Shown: piece by piece, positions 18,403-27,234 of the stretch | How positions within the stretch are numbered: position 1 is the first letter of the stretch | How the letters are laid out: each line of letters opens with the position of its first letter | Assembly: GCA_963736605.1 (NCBI GenBank) | Contig: CAVTPQ010000003.1 | Span: 469,064-533,063 of the forward strand | DNA: 64,000 nt | Direction of reading: 5' to 3' | Source: an uncultured Alphaproteobacteria bacterium | GTDB taxonomy: Bacteria; Pseudomonadota; Alphaproteobacteria; Rhizobiales; Xanthobacteraceae | Program-made: the position numbers and the translations under genes | The notes under the pieces: generated by a model | Seen by the model: the letters and a program-made list of their open reading frames with translations, nothing else | Databases searched by the model: none | What the model was told of the DNA's origin: nothing

Positions 18403-20014
18403 GTAGGCATCGAACGAGCGTTCCGCTTTCTTTTCTTTCTATTTTACTTCGTCATTGCCGGACTGTCGCTGTATGAAATCATGGATCGGATGAATTGGTC
18501 AACTGCTCACTTACGCGTTTATTCGTCGCTCGATCAGTCGCTTGACACGATTCTCAATTGCGCCGGGGCTGAGAGTGTGACCGTTGAATATTACAAATAA
18601 ATCTCTTGTAGCTTGGTCGACGAAAGGTGCGATTGCGGAAAGAGGCGTATCCAGTGTCATTTCGGTGTAAGTCGTAACCTGATCGTCGTGAGCCTTTCCC
18701 CAATCGATTCCGCCGTATGGATCAGACCATTGAGACAATTCACGGCCCGTCAATCCTTCCCAATGAAAAGCAAAGCCAAAACGGGTCTGCTCGTTCGACC
18801 AACCTAAAGCCTTTGCAAGTGTGATTCCAACCACCATAGCTTCAGCCACTCGCAATATCATTAAGATTGGATCTAACGAGGTGCCGGGCTGGACCTGCGA
18901 CGGTACGGCATCATCCTGCAACACCCGACGAAGGTAGAACTCTCCCCGTGGGCCGAAGCGATGAAAATCCAAGTGGCTGCTCGCGCCATGGAATAGTATC
19001 AGTGCTTCCACTCCACCCTCGCGAACAGACGGACGGTTTTCGGCGTCTGATGAGGCAGAGGAATTGGCCCAAATCGGCCAGCCCGTGAGATTTGGATTGC
19101 TGGATGCAATTTTTGTCAAAAACGAACGGTTTGGTCGAGCGTCTGGCTTGGAAGGCTCAATAACAAGTCCGACACTCCAAGACGCTACCTTTGCGAGTTT
19201 TTTGAAGTGCTCGTCGAGGGTTCTCTTTTCCAATTCCAGCCGAAATCGCTTCTCGCCATATTCTAGCAAAGCTTCGGCGCGCTCTCTTAGTGTTGGCGGT
19301 GCCGGCAGAGCGCCCAGTAAGCCGGATTCTCGAATTGCAGCGACAAAAGGTGACATGTCACCGCCGCCAAGCTGACGTCGAATGAATCGACCTATGTCAG
19401 CTTCTCGATTATCAAAACATATCCCAAGGAGATCATGCCAATCGTCGGGCTGCGCTTCAGCGGAACTTGCAGTTCCGTTCGTGGTTAGTGTTCGAAAATA
19501 TACCGCACCGTGACGTATCAGTATCTTCCCACCATCGATAAGGTCTCTTTTGGCGGCCACGGGTGTCTGTACGCCTGCTGGTATCACGATAATGGGGTGT
19601 TCAATGTTATTCCGAACTCCGAAGCCAACCGCAATCTCGAACGATTCAGAGCTGTACCGCGATATGATTCCCTGAATAACGTCAACGTGAAAGGTGGCTC
19701 GAACATCCGAAGGTTCGTGTCCCGAGTCCTGCGAGAGGGTGCCATTGTCGAATCCGATAACTAGATATCCACCGTTTCGGTTGCGAAGGGCGAAAGCGGC
19801 TTTAACGATCTTCTCAACACCGAGGTTTGTTGTTGGATCAATCCAACGCTTGACTTCAACCGCAAGTCCTTCCGCTGGGCGGTTAACTAGCGCGTCTATA
19901 ACCGATTGTTCGATCTGCATGGGAGCGGCAAATTTTGAGATTAATTATATCGACGACTTGGGACCCTTCTGATACTTCAAAACGACTGATGATGTAGCAT
20001 GCGGACGGATCCGA
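18403..20014. mobile_element. Low-GC single-gene insertion (genomic islet)
   Basis: Composition is visibly more A/T-rich than the flanks, by eye and not computed. No integrase or tRNA seen. Confidence 0.4.
18511..19920 (-). CDS. AlbA_2/Schlafen-like nucleic-acid-binding domain protein with an unknown ~330-aa C-terminal region
   Basis: N-terminus PAEGLAVEVKRWIDP..EKIVKAAFALRNRNGGYLVIGFDNG fits the AlbA_2 pattern (E.K....A.AN..GG.L..G). No motif recognised in the remainder. Confidence 0.65.
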   Translation of the reverse strand: MQIEQSVIDALVNRPAEGLAVEVKRWIDPTTNLGVEKIVKAAFALRNRNGGYLVIGFDNGTLSQDSGHEPSDVRATFHVDVIQGIISRYSSESFEIAVGFGVRNNIEHPIIVIPAGVQTPVAAKRDLIDGGKILIRHGAVYFRTLTTNGTASSAEAQPDDWHDLLGICFDNREADIGRFIRRQLGGGDMSPFVAAIRESGLLGALPAPPTLRERAEALLEYGEKRFRLELEKRTLDEHFKKLAKVASWSVGLVIEPSKPDARPNRSFLTKIASSNPNLTGWPIWANSSASSDAENRPSVREGGVEALILFHGASSHLDFHRFGPRGEFYLRRVLQDDAVPSQVQPGTSLDPILMILRVAEAMVVGITLAKALGWSNEQTRFGFAFHWEGLTGRELSQWSDPYGGIDWGKAHDDQVTTYTEMTLDTPLSAIAPFVDQATRDLFVIFNGHTLSPGAIENRVKRLIERRINA

Positions 20015-21673
20015 ATGAACGCCCCCCTCTCCACCCACCCGACTCCCCCTTACAAGCACACCCCGCTCTTCCCGCTCGGCAAGGACACCACGCCCTACCG
20101 CAAGATTTCCGCCGACGGGCTGCGCGTCGAAAAGGTCATGGGCGAGGAGGTGCTGGTGGTGCCGCGCGAGGCGCTGCGGGCGCTGGCGGAGGCGGCGTTC
20201 ACCGACATCAATCATCTGCTTCGTCCCGCGCACCTTGCCTCGCTCAAGCATATCGTCGAGGACCCGGAGGCGTCGGATAACGACAAGTTCGTCGCTTACG
20301 ATTTTCTCAAGAACGCCAATATCGCCGCCGGCGGCGTGTTGCCGATGTGCCAGGACACCGGCACCGCGATCATCATGGGCAAAAAGGGCCGGCTCATTTG
20401 GACGCAAGGCGACGACGAGGCGGCGCTGGCCGAGGGCGCGCGCGACGCCTATCTCAAACGCAATCTGCGCTATTCGCAGCTCGCGCCCATTTCGATGTTC
20501 GAGGAAAAGAACACGCGCTCGAACATGCCGGCGCAGGTCGAGCTTTATGCCGAGAGCCACGGTGACGCCGACGAAGCCTACAAGTTCCTGTTCATCGCCA
20601 AAGGCGGCGGCTCGGCCAACAAGGCGTTTTTGTTCCAGGCGACGCCGTCGATCCTCACGCGCGAGCGCATGCTGGCGTTCCTGAAAGAAAAAGTGCTGAC
20701 GCTCGGCACCGCAGCCTGCCCGCCTTATCATCTCGCCATCGTCATCGGCGGCACCTCGGTCGAACTGACCATGAAGACGGTCAAGCTTGCGTCTTGCAAA
20801 TATTACGACGCGCTGCCCGACCACGGCTCCGAGGACGGCCATGCCTTCCGCGACAAAGAGATGGAGCGCGAAATCCAGAAGATGACGCAGTCGCTCGGGG
20901 TGGGCGCGCAATTCGGCGGCAAATATTTCTGCCATGACGTGCGCGTCATCCGGCTGCCGCGCCACGGGGCATCGCTGCCGATCGGGCTCGGCGTGTCGTG
21001 CTCGGCCGACCGCCAGGCGCTCGGCAAGATCACCAAGGACGGCGTGTTCCTGGAAGAGCTCGAGCACAATCCGGCGAAATATCTGCCGGAGGTCGACACC
21101 GCGCATCTCGGCGGCGAGGTGGTGCAGATCGATCTCAACAAGCCGATGCAGGAAATCCTTGCGCAGCTGGCGAAACACCCGATCAAGACACGGCTGTCGC
21201 TGTCCGGCCCGATGATCGTGGCGCGCGACCTGGCGCATGCCAAACTGCGCGAGCGGTTGGAGAAAGGGCAGGGGCTGCCCGACTATTTCAAGAACCATCC
21301 GGTCTATTACGCGGGGCCGGCAAAGACGCCGCAGGGCTATGCCTCGGGCGCTTTCGGTCCGACCACGGCCGGCCGCATGGATTCCTTCGTCGAGGATTTT
21401 CAGGCCGTCGGCGGTTCGATGGTGATGCTGGCCAAGGGCAATCGCGCCGCGGTGGTGCGCGACGCCTGCAAGAAGCACGGCGGCTTTTATCTCGCCTCGA
21501 TCGGCGGGGCTGCGGCAAACCTCGCCGAGCACTGCATCAAGAAGGTCGAGACGCTGGAATATCCGGAGCTCGGCATGGAAGCGATCTGGCGGATCGAAGT
21601 GGTCGACTTCCCCGCCTTCATCGTCATCGACGACAAGGGCAACGACTTCTTCAAGGAATTAAACTTGGGCTAA
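20015..21673 (+). CDS. fumA: Class I (Fe-S) fumarate hydratase
   Basis: [56 protein letters not shown]. Confidence 0.92.
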   Translation: MNAPLSTHPTPPYKHTPLFPLGKDTTPYRKISADGLRVEKVMGEEVLVVPREALRALAEAAFTDINHLLRPAHLASLKHIVEDPEASDNDKFVAYDFLKNANIAAGGVLPMCQDTGTAIIMGKKGRLIWTQGDDEAALAEGARDAYLKRNLRYSQLAPISMFEEKNTRSNMPAQVELYAESHGDADEAYKFLFIAKGGGSANKAFLFQATPSILTRERMLAFLKEKVLTLGTAACPPYHLAIVIGGTSVELTMKTVKLASCKYYDALPDHGSEDGHAFRDKEMEREIQKMTQSLGVGAQFGGKYFCHDVRVIRLPRHGASLPIGLGVSCSADRQALGKITKDGVFLEELEHNPAKYLPEVDTAHLGGEVVQIDLNKPMQEILAQLAKHPIKTRLSLSGPMIVARDLAHAKLRERLEKGQGLPDYFKNHPVYYAGPAKTPQGYASGAFGPTTAGRMDSFVEDFQAVGGSMVMLAKGNRAAVVRDACKKHGGFYLASIGGAAANLAEHCIKKVETLEYPELGMEAIWRIEVVDFPAFIVIDDKGNDFFKELNLG

Positions 21674-21702
21674 CGAAGATTCCGTTTTTCTTTTCGATCA
21701 AC

Positions 21703-21730
21703 AAAAAAGCCCCGGCCAAAGGCCAGGGCT
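21703..21730 (-). terminator. Intrinsic terminator of flp (hairpin agccctggcc-ttt-ggccggggct followed by T6 on the minus strand)
   Basis: Plus strand reads aaaaaagccccggccaaaggccagggct. It sits between the convergent fumA and flp genes. Confidence 0.5.
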
Positions 21731-21754
21731 TTGAAGCTGGGGTTCGTTACGCGC

Positions 21755-21919
21755 TTATTTGAGCGAGGCCGAAACCGTCGAGAAGGTCGTGTTCAGATTG
21801 GTGCCGAGCGTTTGCACGGCAACGATAATCGCAACCGCAATCCCGGCAGCGATCAGGCCGTATTCGATGGCCGTTGCGCCGGTGTCGTCTCGCAGAAAAC
21901 GCCGAATGAGCGTCGTCAT
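21755..21919 (-). CDS. flp: Flp family type IVb pilin
   Basis: MTTLIRRFLRDDTGATAIEYGLIAAGIAVAII, the canonical Flp motif. Confidence 0.85.
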   Translation of the reverse strand: MTTLIRRFLRDDTGATAIEYGLIAAGIAVAIIVAVQTLGTNLNTTFSTVSASLK

Positions 21920-22175
21920 GAATGATTCCTCCGTGTGCCGACTACGTACTTTTACGGTGCGGAACTTTTCGGCCATTTAAGGGACTCGTTCGAAGTTTCA
22001 CGGAGAAATTCCGTAGAATTTTATGCGACCGCGCGATGACCGGGCGCGCGATGCACCGGCTGTTGGGGGCAAATCCTGTCCTGACCGCAGGGCTACGCCG
22101 AGCAGTAAGCCGCCAGCTTTTGCGCTACTATCGCTAAGCAGAACCCTAAAGCCAGGCAAGCGGGATCGGCAACGC

Positions 22176-23393
22176 GTGGCGCCTCCAGCATCAGCAAAAT
22201 CGGTCGTCGACTGGCTCATCGACGGTGCGCGCTCCGCGCCGCTGGCGCAGGAGGTGCTGACCGAATTATGCGAGCGGCTCACCGCCATCGGCCTGCCGCT
22301 ATGGCGCGCCATGGTGTTCGTGCGCACGCTGCACCCGGAAGTGGTCGGCCGCCGCTTCGTCTGGCGCCCCGATACCGGAACGGTGATCACCGACGGCAGC
22401 TTCGATTTGCTCGAGCGCGATGTCTTTCGCAACAGTCCTATGGTGCACGTCAGCGAGACCGGAACCGCGCTGCGCCGCCGTGTCGCCGATCGCGATTGCC
22501 CGATGGATTTTCCGGTTCTGTATGACCTGCGCGACGAGGGCGTGACCGATTACGTCGTCTCGCCGCTGCACTTCACCAATGGCGATTTTCATACGGCTTC
22601 GTGGGCGACGCGGCAACCGGGCGGCTTTTCCGATGCCGACATCGAAATGATCGATTGCATTATTGCTCCCTTGGCGCGGGTCGCCGAAATCCGCGCCTAC
22701 TACCGCGTCGCCGGCAATCTGCTCGCGACCTATGTCGGCAAGAACGCCGGCGAACGCGTGCTCGCCGGCCACATCCGCCGCGGCGATACCGAGGACATCC
22801 ACGCCGCGATTTGGCTGTCCGACATGCGCGGGTTCACCAAGCTCGCCGATCGCTTGCCGGCGAAAGCCTTGGTCGATCTGCTCAATCGCTATTTCGACTG
22901 CCAAGTGCCGGCGATTGTCGAACAGGGCGGCGAGGTCCTCAAATTCATGGGCGACGGGCTGTTGGCCATATTTCCCGTCGGCGCCGGCGCGGACGCCCAT
23001 AAGGTCTGCGCCACGGCACTTGCAGCCGCGCAAGCGGCTCGGGCCAATGTAGCGGCGCTGCAGGCAACAGAGGGCGACGGCGCCGGCGTGCGCTTCGGGC
23101 TGGCGCTGCATTTGGGCGACGTGCTTTACGGCAATATCGGCAGCGGCAACCGGCTGGACTTTACCTGCATCGGGCCCGCGGTAAATTTGGCGGCGCGTCT
23201 TGAGAAGCTGGCCGGCCGATTGGGGCGCACCGTCTTGGCATCGCAGGAATTTGCGAAATATTGCCACCGCGATCTGGTACCGATCGGTAAGTTTACCGTT
23301 GCCGGCTTTGCCGAGGAGCAGACCGCTTTCGGGCTTGGGGACGAAGGCTTTGGCGACGAGGACTTTGGCGACGAAAGGAAGGACGAGGAATGA
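22176..23393 (+). CDS. Class III adenylate/guanylate cyclase with N-terminal sensor-like domain
   Basis: AAIWLSDMRGFTKL, KFMGDGLLAIF, GLHLGDVLYGNIG, GPAVNLAARLE. The ORF opens at 22023; GTG 22176 is my best guess for the start. Confidence 0.8.
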   Translation: MAPPASAKSVVDWLIDGARSAPLAQEVLTELCERLTAIGLPLWRAMVFVRTLHPEVVGRRFVWRPDTGTVITDGSFDLLERDVFRNSPMVHVSETGTALRRRVADRDCPMDFPVLYDLRDEGVTDYVVSPLHFTNGDFHTASWATRQPGGFSDADIEMIDCIIAPLARVAEIRAYYRVAGNLLATYVGKNAGERVLAGHIRRGDTEDIHAAIWLSDMRGFTKLADRLPAKALVDLLNRYFDCQVPAIVEQGGEVLKFMGDGLLAIFPVGAGADAHKVCATALAAAQAARANVAALQATEGDGAGVRFGLALHLGDVLYGNIGSGNRLDFTCIGPAVNLAARLEKLAGRLGRTVLASQEFAKYCHRDLVPIGKFTVAGFAEEQTAFGLGDEGFGDEDFGDERKDEE

Positions 23394-24343
23394 ACACGAT
23401 TACGGCGACCGCCGCGCCCGCGCAAGCCAAGGGACCGAAAGTCAAGGGACCGCAAGCCAAAGGACCGCAAGCCAAGGGACCAATCGTCTGGCTCGATATG
23501 GACCAGCAGCAGCTCGACGACGCCTATGACCAAAACGTCTATGCCAAAAATCGCGACCGCGTCGTCGCGCGCCGTGTTGCAGCGAGCGAGCGGGCGCGGG
23601 CCGTTCTCGGAGCGCCGCAACGCGTCGCCTATGGACCGAGCGAGCACGAACAGCTCGACATATTTTGCAGTCCAGCTCCGAACGCGCCCGTCAATCTCTT
23701 CGTCCATGGCGGCGCCTGGCGCCGCAACAAGGCGGCCGATTACGCGCTCCAGGCCGAGCCGCTCCTTCGCGCTGGCGCCCACGCCGTCTTCATCGACTTC
23801 ATCAATGTCGACCAGGCGGGCGGCGATCTGTTGCCGATGTATGAACAAGTTTGCCGCGCCATCGCCTGGACGTGGCGCAATGCGGACAAATTCGGCGGCG
23901 ACCGCGAGCGATTTTATATTTCGGCGCATTCGTCGGGCTCGCATCTGGCCGGCTGCGCGCTGACTCTGGGCTGGCGCGAACAAGGCTTGCCGCAAAATTT
24001 CTGCCAAGGCGCGCTGCTGGCGAGCGGCATGTACGATCTTGTGCCGGTGCGATTGTCGAAGCGCTCATCTTACGTCAACTTCACGGACGCCATGGTGGAA
24101 AAGCTCAGCTCACGTCGGCATCTCGATGGCCTGCATACGCCGCTGATCGTCGCGCATGGCACCTACGAGACGCCGGAATTTCAGCGGCAGACCCGCGATT
24201 TCGCGGCCACGGTGAAGGCGGCCGGCAAACCGGTCGAGTTCCTCGTCGGCGAGGGCTATAACCATTTCGAAATGTTGGAGACGCTGGCTAATCCTTACGG
24301 CCTGTTGGGCCGCGCGATGCTGGCGCAGATGCGATTGCAATGA
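23390..24343 (+). CDS. Alpha/beta hydrolase (arylformamidase/esterase-like)
   Basis: LFVHGGAWR, ISAHSSGSHLA. The ATG overlaps the cyclase stop (ATGA). Confidence 0.8.
   Translation: MNTITATAAPAQAKGPKVKGPQAKGPQAKGPIVWLDMDQQQLDDAYDQNVYAKNRDRVVARRVAASERARAVLGAPQRVAYGPSEHEQLDIFCSPAPNAPVNLFVHGGAWRRNKAADYALQAEPLLRAGAHAVFIDFINVDQAGGDLLPMYEQVCRAIAWTWRNADKFGGDRERFYISAHSSGSHLAGCALTLGWREQGLPQNFCQGALLASGMYDLVPVRLSKRSSYVNFTDAMVEKLSSRRHLDGLHTPLIVAHGTYETPEFQRQTRDFAATVKAAGKPVEFLVGEGYNHFEMLETLANPYGLLGRAMLAQMRLQ
23423..23482 (+). repeat. 15-nt in-frame tandem repeat x4 encoding (Q/K)(A/V)KGP
   Basis: caagccaagggaccg aaagtcaagggaccg caagccaaaggaccg caagccaagggacca. Confidence 0.85.
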
Positions 24344-24353
24344 GCTGTGAACG

Positions 24354-24527
24354 TCAAGCCGCAGCGGACGTGTTATCCGCGTCCGGCTTCGCCGCTTTGC
24401 GCATTGACGTGCGGATCAGCTCGGCGCCGCAGCGTCGGCAGGCATAAACGGTATCTTCGACTTCGGCGGAAATCGGATGACGGGCGGTGAAGACCATGCG
24501 CCCTGCGCAGACCGGGCAAGGCATCAT
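24354..24527 (-). CDS. Small zinc-ribbon protein (CPVC...CRRC)
   Basis: MMPCPVCAGRMVFTARHPISAEVEDTVYACRRCGAELIR. Confidence 0.4.
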   Translation of the reverse strand: MMPCPVCAGRMVFTARHPISAEVEDTVYACRRCGAELIRTSMRKAAKPDADNTSAAA

Positions 24528-24788
24528 CAGCGAGGGTAGACTTGACGCGGGTTGAGGCGCTTGATGGCGCATTCACTCACCGAGCCTCGGCCTTACCGAG
24601 GATGACCATTTTGTGAATTACTCGTCGTTTTTGTGGCGGAGTCAAGATAAATTGTGCATTGCACACAGACGCATTGCGATGCGGTATCTATCGGTAGGCA
24701 TAAGTTATTCCAGGCCAACGCGAATCCGGGCGAGTGCCGCGCCTGCGCGAGGCCTGCGCCGCAGGCGACGCCGCCTAAACCGCCTCGG

Positions 24789-25430
24789 TTATGAGGCGAA
24801 GGCGGCCGCCGAAATGCAGGGAATGCGGAGCGCGGCGAGACTCGCGCGGGTGGCCGCGACCGAGCCGTCGACGTCGATGCCGCGGCAGGCGTCCTCGACA
24901 ACGAACACGGCAAAGTTTTCGCGGCACGCGTCTTCCGCCGAATAACGGACGCAAAAATCGAATGCCAGACCGACAAGGAAAATGCGCTTGAGGTTGCGTT
25001 CACGCAGGTAACCGACCAGGCCGGTCGGCGTCGTGCGGTCGTTCTCATAAAACGCCGAGTAGGAATCGATTTCGCGGTTCATGCCTTTGCGCAACACCAG
25101 ACCGGCATGAGGAATTTGCAGCCGTTCGTGAAACGCGGCACCGGGCGTTACCTGCACACAATGGTCGGGCCACAGCACCTGCGTGCCATAGGGCGCTGCG
25201 ACGGTCTCGAACGGTTGCTTGCCCGGATGGCTCGAGGCGAAAGACAAATGTCCGCACGGGTGCCAATCCTGCGTCAGCACGACGTTGCGAAACCGTGCGG
25301 CGAGGTCATTGACGATCGGCACCACTTCATCGCCGCGCGGCACCGCAAGCGCGCCGCCGGGACAAAAATCGTTCTGCACGTCGATCACGACGAGGACGTC
25401 GCTGCCGCCGATTGTCATGCGCACGGTCAT
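24789..25430 (-). CDS. pncA: Nicotinamidase/pyrazinamidase (isochorismatase family)
   Basis: LVVIDVQNDFCPGGALAV, TQDWHP, GLAFDFCV. The start overlaps the pncB stop (ATGA). Confidence 0.85.
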   Translation of the reverse strand: MTVRMTIGGSDVLVVIDVQNDFCPGGALAVPRGDEVVPIVNDLAARFRNVVLTQDWHPCGHLSFASSHPGKQPFETVAAPYGTQVLWPDHCVQVTPGAAFHERLQIPHAGLVLRKGMNREIDSYSAFYENDRTTPTGLVGYLRERNLKRIFLVGLAFDFCVRYSAEDACRENFAVFVVEDACRGIDVDGSVAATRASLAALRIPCISAAAFAS

Positions 25431-26812
25431 GGCACAGTGCCGTGCTTCTGCAAGCGACGGTCGACTGCCGCGGCAAGCTCGATCAGATCGTCCGCGACCT
25501 CGACCGGATAAGTGCCGTCCGGCGCGAGCCGGGCCAAATCTTCCGGCAAGCGTTCAAGTTCGCGTTTGGCATGAAGCCTGATCTCATCGAGCGATGGCTG
25601 TGGCGCGATGCGCCGGCCGTTTCTCATCACCAACCGGATGAGCGGCTCGCCGCCCCCACCCAACCCTCCCCCGCTTGCGGGGGAGGATGAGGAGGGGGTT
25701 TCGAGCGTCAGCACATCGCCGGCCATGCGTCCGCTCGCGTCGTAGCGCCGCCATACTTGCTTGCGGCCGGGCCAGGTCGCCTTGTGCTCCGAGCGCTTGC
25801 GCCGTGGCAGGCCGGCATATTCCTGCATTTTGTAAACGCAGTCGGCGGACGGCGCGTCCGACGATGTCGTCAGACTGGTGCCGATGCCGATGCCGTCGAT
25901 CGGCGCCTTGGCTTTGGCAAAACCCAGAAGCGAATCCTCATCGAGCCCGCCACTGGCAAAAATCGTGGTGTCGCGGAGCCCGCCGGCATCGAGAATGGCG
26001 CGCACGCTTTTCGACAGTGCGATGAGATCGCCGAAGTCGAGGCGGACGCCGCGAATCGCGATGCCTTGCGCTTTGAGCCGCGGCGCCAGCGCAACGACTT
26101 TCCGCGCGGCGGCTTCGCTGTCGTAGGTGTCGAGCAGCAACACGACATTGTCGGGCCGCGCCCGCGCGAAGCTCTCGAACGCCGCTGCTTCGTCGTCGAA
26201 CGCCTCGATGAAGGAATGCGCCATCGTGCCGTAGAGCGGAATGCCGAAGCGCTCGCCAGCCAGCACCGTCGCAGTGCCGGCGAAGCCCGCGATGTAGCTC
26301 GCCCGCGCCGCCATCAATCCCGCTTCGGCGCCGTGCGCGCGCCGCATGCCGAAATCGACCAGAAGCTTGTCCGGCGCGGCGAGTACGCAGCGCGCCGCTT
26401 TGGCGGCGACCAGCGATTGAAAGTGCAGGATGTTGATCAGCCGGGATTCGACGAATTGCGCCTGCGGCAGCGGCGCGGTCACGCGCAGGATCGGTTCGGC
26501 GGCAAAGAATGCGGTGCCTTCCGGCATGGCGTGCACGTCGCCGGTAAAACGGAACGCGGCGAGATAGTCGAGAAGCTTTTGGCTGAACCGGCCGGTGCTC
26601 TTAAGCCACGACAGGTCCGCGTCGGAAAAGCGCAGGGTTTCCAGAAAATCGAGCGCCTGCGCGAGACCCGCGGCCAGCAAAAATCCGCGCCTTGCAGGTA
26701 GAGTGCGGGCAAAGAATTCGAATACCGCCGTCTCGGTATCGCCATGGTCCAGATAGGCCTGGATCATGGTGATCTGATAAAGGTCCGTCAGCAGCGGACT
26801 GGCGTCTTCCAT
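25427..26812 (-). CDS. pncB: Nicotinate phosphoribosyltransferase
   Basis: LLTDLYQITMIQAY, DFGMRRAHG, GTMAHSF, LLLDTYD, GVRLDFGD. Confidence 0.85.
   Translation of the reverse strand: MEDASPLLTDLYQITMIQAYLDHGDTETAVFEFFARTLPARRGFLLAAGLAQALDFLETLRFSDADLSWLKSTGRFSQKLLDYLAAFRFTGDVHAMPEGTAFFAAEPILRVTAPLPQAQFVESRLINILHFQSLVAAKAARCVLAAPDKLLVDFGMRRAHGAEAGLMAARASYIAGFAGTATVLAGERFGIPLYGTMAHSFIEAFDDEAAAFESFARARPDNVVLLLDTYDSEAAARKVVALAPRLKAQGIAIRGVRLDFGDLIALSKSVRAILDAGGLRDTTIFASGGLDEDSLLGFAKAKAPIDGIGIGTSLTTSSDAPSADCVYKMQEYAGLPRRKRSEHKATWPGRKQVWRRYDASGRMAGDVLTLETPSSSSPASGGGLGGGGEPLIRLVMRNGRRIAPQPSLDEIRLHAKRELERLPEDLARLAPDGTYPVEVADDLIELAAAVDRRLQKHGTVP
25640..25700. repeat. REP-like GC hairpin (cctcccccg-cttg-cgggggagg) embedded in frame in pncB
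   Basis: A 9-bp perfect stem at 25665-25686, translated as ...SSSSPASGGGLGGGG... Confidence 0.5.
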
Positions 26813-27234
26813 CGCGGCGGCCTCGGCAAGCTTGCGCGGGATAATGTGTAGCCGACCCGGCAAGGGGATGCGCAACTTTTATCCGGGCATTCGGAGAACG
26901 CGCCGGGCGCAGAGCCGCGTGCCACCGCATCAGCTTGGCAACGATTCACCCTTCTGCTGCGAGCGCCGAAACGTTTGGCGGGCGTTGAACTTAAGGTCCC
27001 AGTAAAGGATTACCTCTTCAGTGCAGGCCCGGGCGAGGCCTCCAGGCAAACCACTGAGTTTCCTTGTAAATTTCGGCGGGGACGAGTTCACCCTTTGTTT
27101 ACATTATTCTTGCCCGCACCGCAAAGCTGGAGCATTGTGCCGCCTGTACGCAGCCGCTGGGGACGGCGCTTAAGGGTTGCTGCGAACTGCTGGCAGGACG
27201 GGGATCTTTTGTCACGCTCTGAGGAGAGCGGGGA

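Noticed and set aside
19883-21532. 549-aa ORF on the minus strand
   Set aside because: It is antisense to the class I fumarase gene, with no motifs.
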